Source: Tubiluchus corallicola
Taxonomy: Eukaryota > Animalia > Priapulida
Direction: 5' to 3'
Assembly: GCA_030141605.1 (NCBI GenBank)
Contig: JAQGDQ010001424.1
Span: 1 to 41,772, forward strand
Length of the DNA: 41,772 nucleotides
Of this stretch, positions 11,730 through 25,931 are shown piece after piece (position 1 is the stretch's first letter; each line of letters starts with the position of its first letter). The notes under the pieces were generated by a model, which saw only the letters and a program-made list of their open reading frames with translations, did not search any database and was not told the origin of the DNA. The position numbers were made by a program, and so were the translations under genes.

Positions 11730-12335
11730 AGGAAGACAGGATGATTTTTCATATACTATCCCATTTTTAACTACGATAAAAAGTATACATTTTAACACAA
11801 TTGCCACAACAAAAGCGTTTCTGGTAATTAAATAACAGATTAAAAACGGCGGGCGAACCCAACTAGTGATGACATCACAAACTAACACAATTTTCAATAG
11901 CAAAAATATTGCACGAGCGTGTTGCACGTGTTTGCGAAAGCGAAAATTGAAATACAGTGCTACTGTAAGATATTCAGTGAGTTGTACTAAAACTAGGCAA
12001 GTTTCAAGATAAAAATTCAAATTCCAAATTTACCGCTGTGCTGACGCATAAGCTGTCGCACGTGTGTAGCTTGTCACAAACTAACACATCTGAGCTGAGA
12101 GGTACAGCGCCAGTTATTCGTGTAACCGTTTCCGAAATGCAGGCGTTAGTGCCCGTCTAACTAGCGAATGGCTAAATCCATGTAACAGCGAAGAACTAGT
12201 GGCGGAAACGTGAAACTGTGTTCGTGTGATAATAATTCTTTCACGTAAGTCACGTAAAAAATCGTATGTTTCCTTTCAATATTTTAAAGAGTAGATTGTT
12301 TTTACCTATAGTTTAAAATTGGATCCGGTTTTGCT
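11730..12335 (+). mobile_element. Non-autonomous DNA transposon, Kolobok-like (TTAA target site)
   Basis: TTAA|AGGAAGACAGGAT ... ATCCGGTTTTGCT|TTAA: imperfect TIRs with AG...CT termini. A second full copy lies inverted at 23183-23782. Confidence 0.8.
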
Positions 12336-12616
12336 TTAACTGATTCAACCTTTCCAACAAGACAAGGTTAACTCGTAAAGACTCGCAAAGCCTTTGTGGT
12401 TCTTATCTTCTACAATACAGCACTTATTTGAACAATTTGGGCTTTATCGAATTTTGGCACAGATCACATGTTGTAACAGTAAACGTTTTAATAGCAAATC
12501 AAAAACCGTGTGGTATTGTCATTTCTGGTCAATAAAATCATACAGCAGCTAAAAATGGTCAGGATTAGTTTAATTTTACATTGAATTTATAACAATCATT
12601 TTATATTTCCAAATAA

Positions 12617-13102
12617 CCTAGCCACTGGGGGGGGGGTCAAGCCAGCCCAACTCAGTGTCGGTCCCAAACCCGGATAAATAGGGAGGGTTAGGGTCAGGAA
12701 GGGCATCCGCCTGTAAAAACTGCGCCAAAACCTTCAGTGAATGAGTCGGTGAGACTTAAAGGTAAAGTCCACAAAGATAGTGGTCAGACCCGCTCTAATC
12801 TATGGGCTAGAAGCAGCTTCTCTAAAGAAGACCGAAGAGAAGAAAATGGGTGTGGTGGAGATGAGGATGTTGAGATGGATGGTGGAAATAACAAGAAGAG
12901 ATAAAATTAGAAATAATAATATCAGAGAAACAGTAAAAGTAGTGGAAGATTGCGATGGTATGGACACCTGAAAAGAAGAGTCGGTGAAGATCATGTGGGA
13001 AGGGAAGACATAAATGAAGAGATGGTCAACAACAGGAATGCGTGGAGGAGACTCATTCACAACGCCGACCCCGCATAGGGAAAAGCTGGGAAGAAGAAGA
13101 TT
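12617..13102 (+). mobile_element. Short internally deleted RTE-clade (Expander/Rex3-like) retroelement with 18-bp TSD
   Basis: TTTTATATTTCCAAATAA at 12599-12616 and 13103-13120. Frameshifted RTE C-terminal peptides RLKGKVHK/IVVRPALIYGLE...EMRMLRWM...RRDKIRN and RLRWYGHLKRR...WRRLIHNADP*. (GAA)n tail. Confidence 0.88.
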
Positions 13103-14734
13103 TTTTATATTTCCAAATAATCTTAAAACTAAATTGTAAAGTCTTTCAAAATTGTATTGCCCAACAGATGATGATCGTGAGGGACTGTAACAGAAGAAAA
13201 AACAGTGGGGAAATTTTAAAGTATAGCAAATAACAACATTATACAATAATTTTGAATCCAAAGTACAGTAAAGCAGAGGCTGTAACTATAAGTATAAGTA
13301 TGAATGTAACTATCAACTGTAACTATAATAAAACATCCCCCCCTGTAAGTCCTGTTGCAGTAACACTTACCCAAGTTGAGCACTGTTTCACAGAGATTGT
13401 TCACATTTCGTAGTTACAAAATACAACCACTTTGCTAAATATTGCAGAATTTGTAATATAGATTAGCCAAATCCCGGAACTGCGCATAATCAATAATGCG
13501 CGAGCATTCTTCCACTTACATCACGCTTACTGCTCTTTTAATGTTCGTACAAGGCTAACAGATAGAACATGTGCATTTTGCTTCCATAAAAGATATTTTA
13601 TGTTTGATAATTATTGCTTCAAAATATACTGCAAGCTTACACTAGCCGTAAAAATAACCCTTTAATTCTCAGCATTTCTGTATGCCATTAAAGTTAGCAA
13701 AGATGGTGCTCACATTATGAAAAAAATACACCTATGAATTTGATTTCCAAAACTCTTGCTTTAGTCCAATTCTATTTTCATAGTCCTTGTTGCACTTTTT
13801 GTACATGCCTCCCTTGTCATTGCAACACTTTCACGTAGAAGGTTTCGTCTCTTGACCATGCACAGTACACGCAGGCATTTATACCACAAAGGCCTTGAGC
13901 AGTTTCCCAAAATACAATTTCCTATTTCCCTTTCTGTTAACTTTTTCCATTTTTTGTTCTTGTTCCACGTTCCCTACCTTCCATACATCACCTTTGTTGC
14001 AGGTACAAATGTTTTGGCCCACTACCCCTTCTCAGGGTAGTATATGCATTAGAAGCCACAATATATTAGACTGTAGTTCAACAAGCTAGACTACTTTTTC
14101 TACTCTGACATTGTATAGGTGGAACTTGTTATGTACACACGTCTCTGTTACATTTAAAATTTGACTTATAATTATACTGCTACCTTTTACTGACATTCTG
14201 GCTTTTTCTCGACTCAATATTGGACCAACAATGTATGTTTGCCTTTTTGGCTTTTTAGTGTAACGTAGTAATCTGTAGCACTTATTTTTCTAGCACTTAT
14301 TTCAGTAGTTTTGTGGAGGTAGTAATTATAGACTACAGAAAATTTGTATTTTGCAGAATAAACTAACATAGATATGGGAACGCAACTTTAGTTTGAGCGT
14401 ATACATTACAACCCTAATGTGAAATTACTGCAAGAAGAAAGGACAATGCAAAACCACAGCTTACAATCAGCTAGTGGCTCCGTTTGCACCGGTTTACTAG
14501 CTGTGCACATTTTTCAACGTCGGAAGTAATCAGGAGCAGAGTGAATTAACATATAATGGTCAGCAGCTTTTAAGCGAAAGATACAGGTATCGTATAATGC
14601 GATCACGTCACAACTATTCGCCGGTTTTTGGAGGTTTTCGGCCAGCCTTTCTCTCGGATATCACAAATTGAAAAAGTGCTTCGTATGAGACCATGAGTTC
14701 GTTTGACATCACATGTTGCAAACGGTACAATAGT

Positions 14735-15075
14735 TAGGGCTTATTTCAGTCTAAGCGAGGACCGGGGAAGTGGGGCGTGAGGCACCCTCGGGGAGGGGGC
14801 GCCACAATGATTGGCGCCCAGAAAATGTTTGAACTACTAGAACGCCGGAGAAGCATTTTCGAAGAGAAAATATGGAGTTATACAGTTGTTAAAGGAAAGA
14901 ACAATTGAAAGAAAAACTGCTTTATTCTCAAGACCAGTCCTTAATACTTGTCAATACTGGCAAACGGCAAGAGAGAGAGAGAGAGGAGGCAGTATGTTCG
15001 CATAAAGCAAAAAAAATGTTACCTTGGCGCGAGACCCCCTGGAGGGTGAGACCCCGAGGAAGTATCCCCACTTCC
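14735..15075 (+). mobile_element. hAT-type MITE copy, right TIR missing
   Basis: Starts TAGGGCTTATTTCAG. Colinear with 31660-32060 and with the reverse complement of 20119-20614. Confidence 0.85.
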
Positions 15076-15629
15076 TGTAATTGCGACCGAGACCGATTTA
15101 TCTTAGTTGATCTATGACCTTAGTTTTCCCGTATATAGAACCTGCATAGCTTTTTGTGAAGTCGTACTGAGTGAGTGTCCGAAATGTTGTCAAATTTTTC
15201 GGTTGGTTGGTACTTATTACATCATCCACCCACGTGTGGATAGCGTTTTTGCCACTTACGAAAAGAATGGCATTTATAACGGGCAATCAGTGACGAATTT
15301 ACCGTTCTAGTAATGTTTTCAGTGTCGTTATCAGTGTAATTCGGTATTATTTTACTACTAATTTGTTGAATTACTGTGAGTACGTTTTACAGAAGCAGCG
15401 TAAATCGGACTAATGGTTCCGATAGAATAAATGACAATTTGTAATTAGCATTTGGTTGACTTTGGTAACTTTTGGTTGACTTTGGTAACTTTTTGTTTTT
15501 CGTCACCATATAACCAATCACTTGAACATCATTAACTCAGATAATTTATTCATTTAAATCTTGTCACTTTGTATCATGCTATCGTTTCATGCTCTGTGTT
15601 TTTCTTATAAAAAAGGTGATAAATAAAGA

Positions 15630-15880
<251 letters not shown>

Positions 15881-16107
15881 TTGAAATATTGACTTTCACT
15901 CAGAGTTTAATTCAGACTGGTTTGCATATTATAATTCAACAATTTAAGGAATTTGTTAGAATGGTCCACACGGGCATTCTTCGCCAATTATATCCCCGTA
16001 AATAAATTTGTAAGATACCTGGACAGTTAATGCTTTAGATATTTAAACTCTATATTAGGCCTATCTTGACCGCGTCCATGGGTGGAACTGATTTTAATGG
16101 TGAATCA

Positions 16108-16182
16108 AATGACGTAAACACAGCCATGCATAATGACGTAAACACAGCCATGCATAATGACGTAAACGCAGCCATGCATAAT
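16108..16182. repeat. 24-bp x3 tandem repeat (AATGACGTAAACACAGCCATGCAT)
   Basis: Units start at 16108, 16132 and 16156. Confidence 0.93.
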
Positions 16183-17358
16183 AATAATGTAACGCGGCTA
16201 GGGGTTCACGTAGCAGAAAGGTGTGCAGATGATGATATTTTGCACTAATGGCTTGGGTTCATCTGACTGTTACGCCTAAGGCACACTTCGGCACAAATTA
16301 GTTCTTGAAGTTAATAGCAGAAAAAACGACATTGGAGAAATGTTGGCTTTGATAGACAATTTTGCAACGTAGAATTATTTATTTAATTGCTTTATTATGG
16401 TTCAGGGCTTATAATTATCAGCTCTTGATTGGATGTTGGCATAGTTGTTTTCACATCCGGGTCCTTCTCATGAAAACTTCCGTTGATGCACGTGTGTTTA
16501 CATCGTCGGTAAAGCGTCATTATTGTCATTATTGTCATCAATTAGTTTAGTTTAATGTTTTTATTATAGGCACTGCTTACCTATGCCACAACAACGTTCA
16601 TAATTCATCAAACATTCATTATCAATTACTGCATATCCCCTATGCTAGTTCAAAATAGGCCTTGATATGACGTAAACTTAATTAAACTCACCAGCATTGT
16701 CGAGAAGCCATTACAACTTAGATTTCTTTCTTTTCTTTCAACGAACCGTCAACTTCGTGTTCACAATCCATTCTGGCTTGTCAAAAACAAAACGCAACAG
16801 CGACAACAGAAACAAAAAAACGGCAAGACGAAGTCAGCGCCATTAGTGCATCGACCCGTCCACATGTTTACACGAGTGAATATTATTTCCGTAGCCACCT
16901 TCAAATAAATGTGAACGCAGTTTTACCCACAATCTGAGCAATCGAGCGCATAAGATGGTTAAAACCGCAGCGCATTTAATTGCACTAATAATTGTCGTTC
17001 AGCGCCATCTAGTCCGTTATTTGGATTTTTGTTACAAAGTGATTTATCTGCCCATTCGCCCTACTAAGCAATGATTTTAATAAACGCAATTATAAATTTC
17101 ACATAAATGTGGTTGGCTTATGATCATGATGACCATCTTAAGCTTTAAATCTTTATCATAACGTTCGTAATGGTGCAAAACTGTGCATCTGTGACCGACA
17201 AAACATTTTATCTTAAGTAATTACAGTGTAAATCAAAAGTTGAACTTACCTCCAGAATAAGCGAGTGATAAAAGTTAAATTACCGAATCAGAAAACTTAC
17301 TTTGGCAAGCCCCTGAAAAAATAACAGAGATTTTAGCAGCATAACACAACAACCGCAA

Positions 17359-17570
<212 letters not shown>

Positions 17571-18330
17571 ATTTTATTTCTGAAAATCAAATTTCCAACA
17601 CTAAAATTACAAACTCGACGCATACCCGATGGTTTTATCAGCGGGCAGAGCTCGGGTAATGATTTCCAGATCATACTAACAATTTGACTCAACCTAGCTG
17701 CACAAGGTATATATACAGATATACAAATTTAGTTGTAAACAACAACAGCTGAACAACAGCAGCAGCAGCAACAGCAGAGACAACAGCTGTAGCGACGAAA
17801 ACAAGTAACCCTGTCAACAACAACACCCACAAGCACAACAAAGCTTTCTTTCAACGGAAGCAAATAATCAGCGAGTAAAACTTCAGCGTATAATGCACAT
17901 TTTTAGGAAATTCAATGGTAACAACAACGTACATGGTTACGGTTACTGTAAATAGAATATTCAGCATTTTGCAGATTGTAAACAGCATGGATGGTAAGAA
18001 CTCTTAATGTAGATAGTTGTGGAAGGGGTGGAACTTAGATAAATATCAAAATATCAAAAATAATCATCTAAAATGAAACACTGGTCAGCAGAGGAAATAA
18101 TAAGCTGCCATGCTAAGAGCAACAGCGGCGAGAAACACGAGTAACAACAAGAGTATTATGATAACTAGGGACTGCATGCAACAGCAACAGAATTAACAAA
18201 AGCAGCAACAGAGGGCGCTGTAGTTGAACAAATGACATAATCACGCCATTAAATTTATCGCTACTTTGGTTACCTGTAATCTAGCTAGTAATATTATAGT
18301 CAAGCGTATTCATCTTGAAAATACTTAAAG

Positions 18331-18828
<498 letters not shown>

Positions 18829-20118
18829 ACCATCATCAATCAACTTTAATGTCACATTCAACTTTATTTTATCACATAAACTTATGTCATCTGATCTGAG
18901 AATCGCAATTACATAATAGACGCAAAACGGAAGAAAGAAGCGTCGTTACTCGTTAGCAATTGTCTCAAACACTCAGTCTGATACGTTTACAACATTTCTC
19001 TTACGTGTTTTAACACAAAAGCAAAAGACGACACTGAGAACGACTTTGAGTCGACCTCGAAATGCGAAATTTACCATCTTTTGTGTTACGGCATCTTAAA
19101 AGCGCCTTATACAGAAATGAATGTAAAATAATTGATTTACAAACGAGTTGCAATCGTCTCGCGTAAGCTTCAAACATTTCGATTGATGGTATTTTTCTCT
19201 TCAAATCTAAACGGTTTTTACCGTAATTTAAACGGTTATGAAAGACAGGTAAAGACGCAAAGAACAAGCTTGCTTCAATGCTTCATCATTCCTAGTAAAC
19301 ATAAGGCTTTCATCGTCACGAACACGTTTTACGTAAGTGTGAAATTACTAGAAATTATTAACCTTTAAATAATAAACCAGTAACTAGAGGATCTCGAAGA
19401 TTTCAGCATATGAAGAGCACCCGTATTGCTGTTTGCCAGGAGGCAATTTTTAACACATTTAACAATAAGAACTCCATTGCAGTGTCAAGCAGATGTTTAA
19501 CATTTAGAACGGTATATTATTTGCAGTTATACTTTTGTGATTAAAGGAACAATTCTTAAATTAGTATAATTCAAAACATTTATATTTGTACTTACGCTCT
19601 ATGCGGTATGGCAGTATTATATGTAATTATTTTGTTGTTGTTATTTCAGCCTGATCATTGCTGATCATGATATCATAAATAAACCACTTTGATTGATTCA
19701 GCAAAAACTTCCATAGTTATTTAGTAACCATTAAATAATAAAAGCCCTCTAATAATTTACAGGTACTATGCATGTCCAACTTTGTGATACAACTGCGTTA
19801 GTGTTAGTCCCTTGCAAAATTATTGGCAGTATAAAGAATAGGAAAAACTTATCAAATATTAAAAAAATCGTTCAATATGTGCTACAAACATGCGATTTGG
19901 AACTCTTCTAGTTCAATACATGTTCTTTTTTCATGGTTTTTAGGAGAGGCATAAGTAGGGCATGTAGTGAACTGTAAGGATTCTAACAGTGTAATCAACT
20001 GTTGCCTCCTCCACAAATGCTTAGCGAATGTTTTAAAATATTTATCATTCACTGTACCGTACAACAGTTTACATCGTAATTACGAAATACTACTAACGCC
20101 CACTGTAACTCACATAAC

Positions 20119-20614
20119 CAGGCCCTATTTCAGGGGGGATACTTCCCCGGGTCCTCACTCTCCAGGGAGGCCTCGCGCCAAGGTAACATTTTTTTGCTTT
20201 ATGCCAACATACTGCCTCTTCTCTCCCTCTCTTTCTCTTGCCGCACGCGCGCCATTTGCCTTGTGCGGCTCGGTGCCGATGTTCAGCTGTTTTCAATTTC
20301 GGAATTTCTAACACCGGCTTGTACGGAAGTGAGAGTACGGTATTACATATTGCAAAGATGTTGTTTTTGATTTGACTATTTGACAAGTATTAAGGACTGG
20401 TCTTGAGAATAAAGCAGTTTTTCTTTCAATTGTTCTTTCCTTTAACAACTGTATAACTCCATATTTTCTCTTCGAAAATGAAAATGCTTCTCCGGCGTTC
20501 TAGCAGTTCAAAATTTTTTTTGGGTGCCAACCATGGTGGCGCCCCCCCCCCCCGGGGGGGGGGGCCTCACACGTCCCACTTCCCCGGGCCTCGCTTAGGC
20601 TGAAATAGACCCTG
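20119..20614 (-). mobile_element. hAT-type MITE, longest copy, both TIRs present
   Basis: CAGGCCCTATTTCAG ... CTGAAATAGACCCTG. No intact TSD seen. Confidence 0.87.
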
Positions 20615-21177
20615 TTAGTAATACGCTCTTATTTTTTCGCTACTAATTCTTATAGCCTAATATAAGATCGCTTCATAGATTTCTAGCGCAGAATTCATGA
20701 ATTATATCTTAATTTTGTTGTATTAACAAAAACATGATTATCAATGTACTTGTAATGCATACGTATTTCTTTTATTGTGAAATGAATCTATTGAATTCTA
20801 TTGAAAAAACTGTTCCAAATTGTACGTTTTTATTACCTTTTGAACAATTTTTCTGTTTCGCTGTTCATTAGAACAACCAATCATTCTATTAGCGTGGCCT
20901 CAATTTAAAGAATAACTGAGCTATTATGAACGATTTCATGCTTTGACGGTTCTCGAATTTCGTGTGGTCTTAATGGATTTATTCGATAAGGTTTTTGCGA
21001 CAATGTTGTGCGTAACAGTAATTTTATGTGTAAATGTTTAGCACGTGTTGTTAAATACTTTGAATGAAGAATACAGGATGAATACTTTGAATGAAGAATA
21101 CAGGATGAGGACACTGCCAAAAATACAAAACTATAACCACCAAGCATAACTCCTGGACAACCGCAATAACGGTCAGC

Positions 21178-21929
21178 TAGGCAGCGAAAGTTTTGGCAGT
21201 TGACACTTGAGCAGTGGACACTTGTGCAGTAGGACATTTGACCAGTGGACACTTGCAGCATTTGAGTAGAAACATTTGGCACTGAACGTTTGGGCAGTGT
21301 ATACTTGGGCAGCGCTTACCTACTTAGGTAAGTAGGTAGGTATGTATGTAGGTAGGTAGGGTAGGTACGAAGGTACATAGGCAACTAGATTGGAAGGCAG
21401 GCAGATAGGTAGGTATGCATGTAGGTAGGTAGGTAGGTAGATAGGTAGGTAGCCAGGGAGGTAGGTACGTAAGTTGCTAGGTAGGTAGGTTTGTAGGTAG
21501 GTAAGTAGGTAGGTAGTCAAGTAGGTAGTCGGGGAGGTAGGTAGGTTAGCTACGAAGGTAGGTAGGTTAGCTAGGTAGGAAGGTAGTTAGGCAGGTAGAT
21601 AGGTAGGCAAGCAAGTAGGTAGGCAGATAGGTAGTTAAAGAGATAGGTACATACGTAGGTAGGTAGGTAGGCAGGTAGGTAGGTGGGCAGATAGTCAGGG
21701 AGGTAGGTACCCAGGTATGCATGTAGGTAGGTATAGATAGCCAGGTAGGTAGGTAAGCAGGTAAATAGATTGGTAGGCGCTAAATGTCTACTGCCCAAGA
21801 GTCCAGCGCCACGTTCACTGCCCAAGTATCCACTGCTCAAGTGTTCATTGCTCAAGTGTTCACTGCCCAAGTGTTCACTGCCCAAGTGTGCACTGCTCAA
21901 GTTTGAACTGCTTAAATTTCCGCTGCCTA
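21178..21929. mobile_element. Foldback-like element with modular TIRs of 15-bp subrepeats enclosing a degenerate (AGGT)n tract
   Basis: TAGGCAGCG...CGCTGCCTA termini. The left arm has CACTTG(A/G)GCAGTG(G/A)A-type units and the right arm has their reverse complement. Confidence 0.72.
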
Positions 21930-22264
21930 AGTAATTTAGAATCATAAACAATTAGAAGCATTTCTTGAACTAATTATCTCTCGTAAGTCTACAAGACAGG
22001 AAGGTTCAAAACAATCGACCTTTCAACAGTAGAGCACTGAAGATTAGCAAAGCAAGAAGAAGATACAAAATCCTTTGGTACGTTTTTGGCTTAAGAAGCC
22101 ATTTTGCACGTTTTCAAGATCGTAAAAGTTTTAGAAGACTTGCCTAGAGGTAACAATTTAGCCTCAAAAACGGCTAGTAACTTGACGGACGTGCTGAGCA
22201 TTAATTATTAAGGAATTCGTCTAAGTTACGTGTGTTGCAAAACCTAAGTGTTCAGGATACAGTT

Positions 22265-22545
22265 ACTAGAGAAACTCCAGTATGTTTGCCCAACATTAGT
22301 GAGGAAATTGTTGAAGGTCTAAATTTTCCAGTTGACAAATAACATTACGAAAACGAACTTACTTCGGTCAATATAATTATGGCAACTCAACGGAGTGGGA
22401 AAATGTCTGAAGATACTGATTATGCCAGAAGACAGCTGCCAGGCTCACGAGGATGTCCCAGAGCAGATTAGGCATCAGATCATGGCAAAGCTAATTAACT
22501 GAAAGTAAATGAACTAAGCTTTATAATCTATGCAGACATAATCAT
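22265..22545 (+). mobile_element. Possible highly decayed non-LTR reverse transcriptase remnant
   Basis: Short peptides TPVCLPNISEEIVEGL, RGCP and FIIYADI occur in the order of the RT motifs RPISLL..SKILE, GVPQG and YADD, but are heavily disrupted. Confidence 0.3.
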
Positions 22546-23182
22546 AGTAACATCTCTCTGAAGAGGCATTAGTAATAATAACTAGAGGGCAACAAAATTT
22601 AAAAGTGCAAGCTCGTGGTGAGAGGATGTTCGTGCATCGTTAAATGACCTTTCCCTCGGTATAATTAATGCAACTAAACAAGAAAATACTTTAATACTAA
22701 TATATCATTGGATTCATGCTTTGGAAAGTTTAACTTCAGAACAAATAACACAACTAAAATAATATATTTCAACATACTATTGAAGTAAAATTAGAGCAAC
22801 ACAGACATTTTGGCAGTCTCAGTGTATGATATGACAGGTCTTTTTATTATCAAGTAATGTCATCAGCCAAAAATATTACAGTAAATTTAAAACATTTAAC
22901 TAAAAATATAATACACTTAGTAAAGCGCTAATAATACCACACAATATGACTTGTGCAATGTTTGATACGTTCGCGCTGCATTGTACAAAATTGCTTAACA
23001 TAGTATTGCTAGCATTGCGCTACGTTAAGTTACGTTCGTCAGGTTATGTTAGGTTGCATTACGTTACATTGCATTACGTTTGCAATGAGGCTATTTAAGT
23101 ACAAAACACATCAATTAGTATGGTGTGTAAACCTGTAAACCAGACTGAAAGGACATTGATACTAATGTGCAGCGATACTTAA

Positions 23183-23782
23183 AGCAAAACCGCATCCAAT
23201 CTTAAACTGCAGGTCAAAACAATCTACTCTTCAAAATATTGAAAGTAAACATACTATTTTTTTTCAAAAATGACTTCGTGAAAAAATTGTTACCACACAA
23301 ACACAATTTCACGTTCGCGCCACGAGTTATTCACTGTTAGATGCATTTCGTTATTTATATGGACACTAGCGCCATTTCGCAAACGCAATGCACAAAAACA
23401 GGTGCTGTACCTCTCAGTTCAGATGTGTTAGTTTGTGACGAACTACACACGTTCGACAGCTCATGCGTGAGCACAGCGGTAAAATTGAGATTTTTACCTT
23501 AAAACTTGCCTAGTTTTAATGCAACACACTAAACATCTTACAGTAGCAAAGTACTTCAATTTTCGCTTTCGCAAACACGTGCAACACGCTCGTGGAATAT
23601 TTTTGCCGTTGAAAATTGTTAATTTAAGATGTCATCAATAATTGGGCTCGTCAGCCGTTAATGAAGATTTTTATCTATTATTTAATTTCCAGAAACACTT
23701 TTGCAGTATTAAATGTGTTAAAACATGTATTTTTATGGGACTTGAAAATGGGGTAGTATACGAAAAATCATCCTGTCTTCTT
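23183..23782 (-). mobile_element. Kolobok-like non-autonomous transposon, second copy
   Basis: TTAA|AGCAAAACCGCATCC ... ATCCTGTCTTCTT|TTAA. Reverse-complement homolog of 11730-12335 along its whole length. Confidence 0.8.
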
Positions 23783-24467
23783 TTAATGTGTCCCTGCAGA
23801 CATTTTGCCATTCTTATATTAACGAAGATCTATGTCACTACCATAATCCTCGCATTGAATAGCAGGTATCAGTGAACATAAAACTAGACGCCGTTGTTAA
23901 AATGGTGAAATTTTTGCGTGAAGAAAATGACTACAGAATAACTAAACACGCTGTAAAACCATTTTTCTCAAAGATGCTTTGTTATTTGTCTTACGTGTCT
24001 TTTGAAACTTGCTAAAGCCATTATAGTTCAGTACACTCGTTGTAAAAACGCATTTAAACTGCGACGCTTGGGAATTCGTGTTCTCTCTGGACGTTTCGAA
24101 ATTGTAATGTCAGCTTGAGTGCTTGGAGCACACAAGCCGAAATCAACATGGCAAGGGGAATGTTGACCTTGTTAGCTTGTCAGCACGAAATGTGTTCCAA
24201 TGTCGAAAACGGAAATGCTTAGCTATAAGGAGTTCGTTTCATAGGTATGAAACTGACTTGCAAAAGTTGCAGTCGAATAATTTATTTAATTTGATGCAGT
24301 AGTTTTCCGTACAAGATGGCTGAATAACTATTAACCAATAACTAATTCGTCAGTATAGGAAGAGGCGAAAGAGCTGAATAAATCAGTTTGTTGTAAAACA
24401 AACATTTCAGCTCTTAATTCATTTCTCTTCATTGTTTGGTTAATGACAGATTTTTAGATATTGAACT

Positions 24468-24503
24468 GTAAGTAAATAAATAAGTAAGTAAGTATGTAAG
24501 AAG

Positions 24504-24602
<99 letters not shown>

Positions 24603-24772
24603 TGTAAGTAAGTAAGAAGGTAAGTAAGTAAGTAAGTAAGAAGGTAAGTAAGTAAGAAGGTATGTAAGTAAGTAAGTAAGTATGTAAGTAAGTAAGAAGG
24701 TAAGTAAGTAAGTAAGTAAGAAGGTAACAAGTAAGTAAGTAAGCAAGCAAGTAAGTAAGCAAGCAAGTAAGT
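24468..24772. repeat. (AGTA)n microsatellite with AAGG interruptions
   Basis: Direct observation. Confidence 0.97.
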
Positions 24773-25157
24773 AGCTAGTTTATCTAAAGTCGATTTTGAG
24801 GTACATAAAACCTTAGTTCACATAGCAACTATGATCACCAACAAAAGTTACAACAATTATTATAAAAAACTAATAAAAGCAAGTAAAATATTTACAAAAG
24901 TAAATTTAAAAGCACATAATTAAAATAACTACAATCCATTAAGTGTGTAAAAGCAATGAGCAAAATCTAAACAAGATCACTTATTTTATTCAAGCACAAG
25001 TTGGCATAAAACGAATGCTGATAAAAACAGGTAAAAACTACAAAATTACATACTTGAACAGGTAAGTCATTTCAAACTAGCACACGGAAGGGAAAAATAA
25101 ATCACTCGTTTCTTATTTCATTTACAAATATAGTAAGCGTGGCAGACACTGTTGAAT

Positions 25158-25251
25158 CACTTTTTTAAGTTATTCCACGATTTTGATCCGCTATACTTAA
25201 TTGAGTGCAAACTGCTCTTGATCGTTTTTACAAGTGGGCTTTCTTCTTCTT

Positions 25252-25282
<31 letters not shown>

Positions 25283-25680
25283 TGTTTTTATTCTTATGAT
25301 TTTTAACTTAGACTAGCTGACACAATTTCACACATCAGCCTGTCACTGACTGACTGATTTTATGTATGATGTAATTTGTTCTACTGTGTTCTAGTATATA
25401 ATTTTTGCAATAAAGATTTTTATGTATTACATGCATATATACATATATAATTATACAGCATCACGTTTTCTCTCAAAGAGAGGTTCGCAATTCAAACATT
25501 TCGTTTATACAGCCAGTGTTTTTATGATACACTGATCTGTAGATTTCTTTTAACAAACATTGCTCGTGCATTTCAGTTATGCTAGGAAGTTCTGCTCTTT
25601 TTAACAGTGTGTTGTAATTAGAGGAGTAATCATTAAAGACAACGCGTAGAGCCCTTTCTTGAAGCTTACGTAGCAACTGT
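25158..25680 (-). mobile_element. Decayed CR1/L2-group LINE, ORF2 C-terminal remnant
   Basis: KLQERALRVVFNDYSSNYNTLLKRAELPSI...KEIYR (25676-25473) and PLVKTIKSSLHSIKYSGSKSWNNL (about 25237-25166) are typical post-RT motifs. They are separated by a ~215-bp insertion starting with (TTC)n. Confidence 0.7.
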
Positions 25681-25931
25681 GAACCAACAACTGGTGGACG
25701 AGTCTCGTACGTACTACTTGCCTTCTCCTGAGTTTTTTTACACCTTCACTTTAGTGTGCAATGCAATGTTTATTGTCAAGAAAAGACTGCGTTCTTAAAT
25801 CAAATATTTTTCAAGAATTCCCATCCATGTGTGATATTAATGAATTTATATTTTTAAACAAAAGGGGAGATGTGGTAGTCAAGAAATTGTTGATTAACTA
25901 CGTGCATAAAATTTCAACAATGGGTGATTAT

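Noticed and set aside
19381-19430. AACTAGAG plus a small hairpin as a Helitron/Helentron end
   Set aside because: Weak stem, and no second terminus or second copy in the window.
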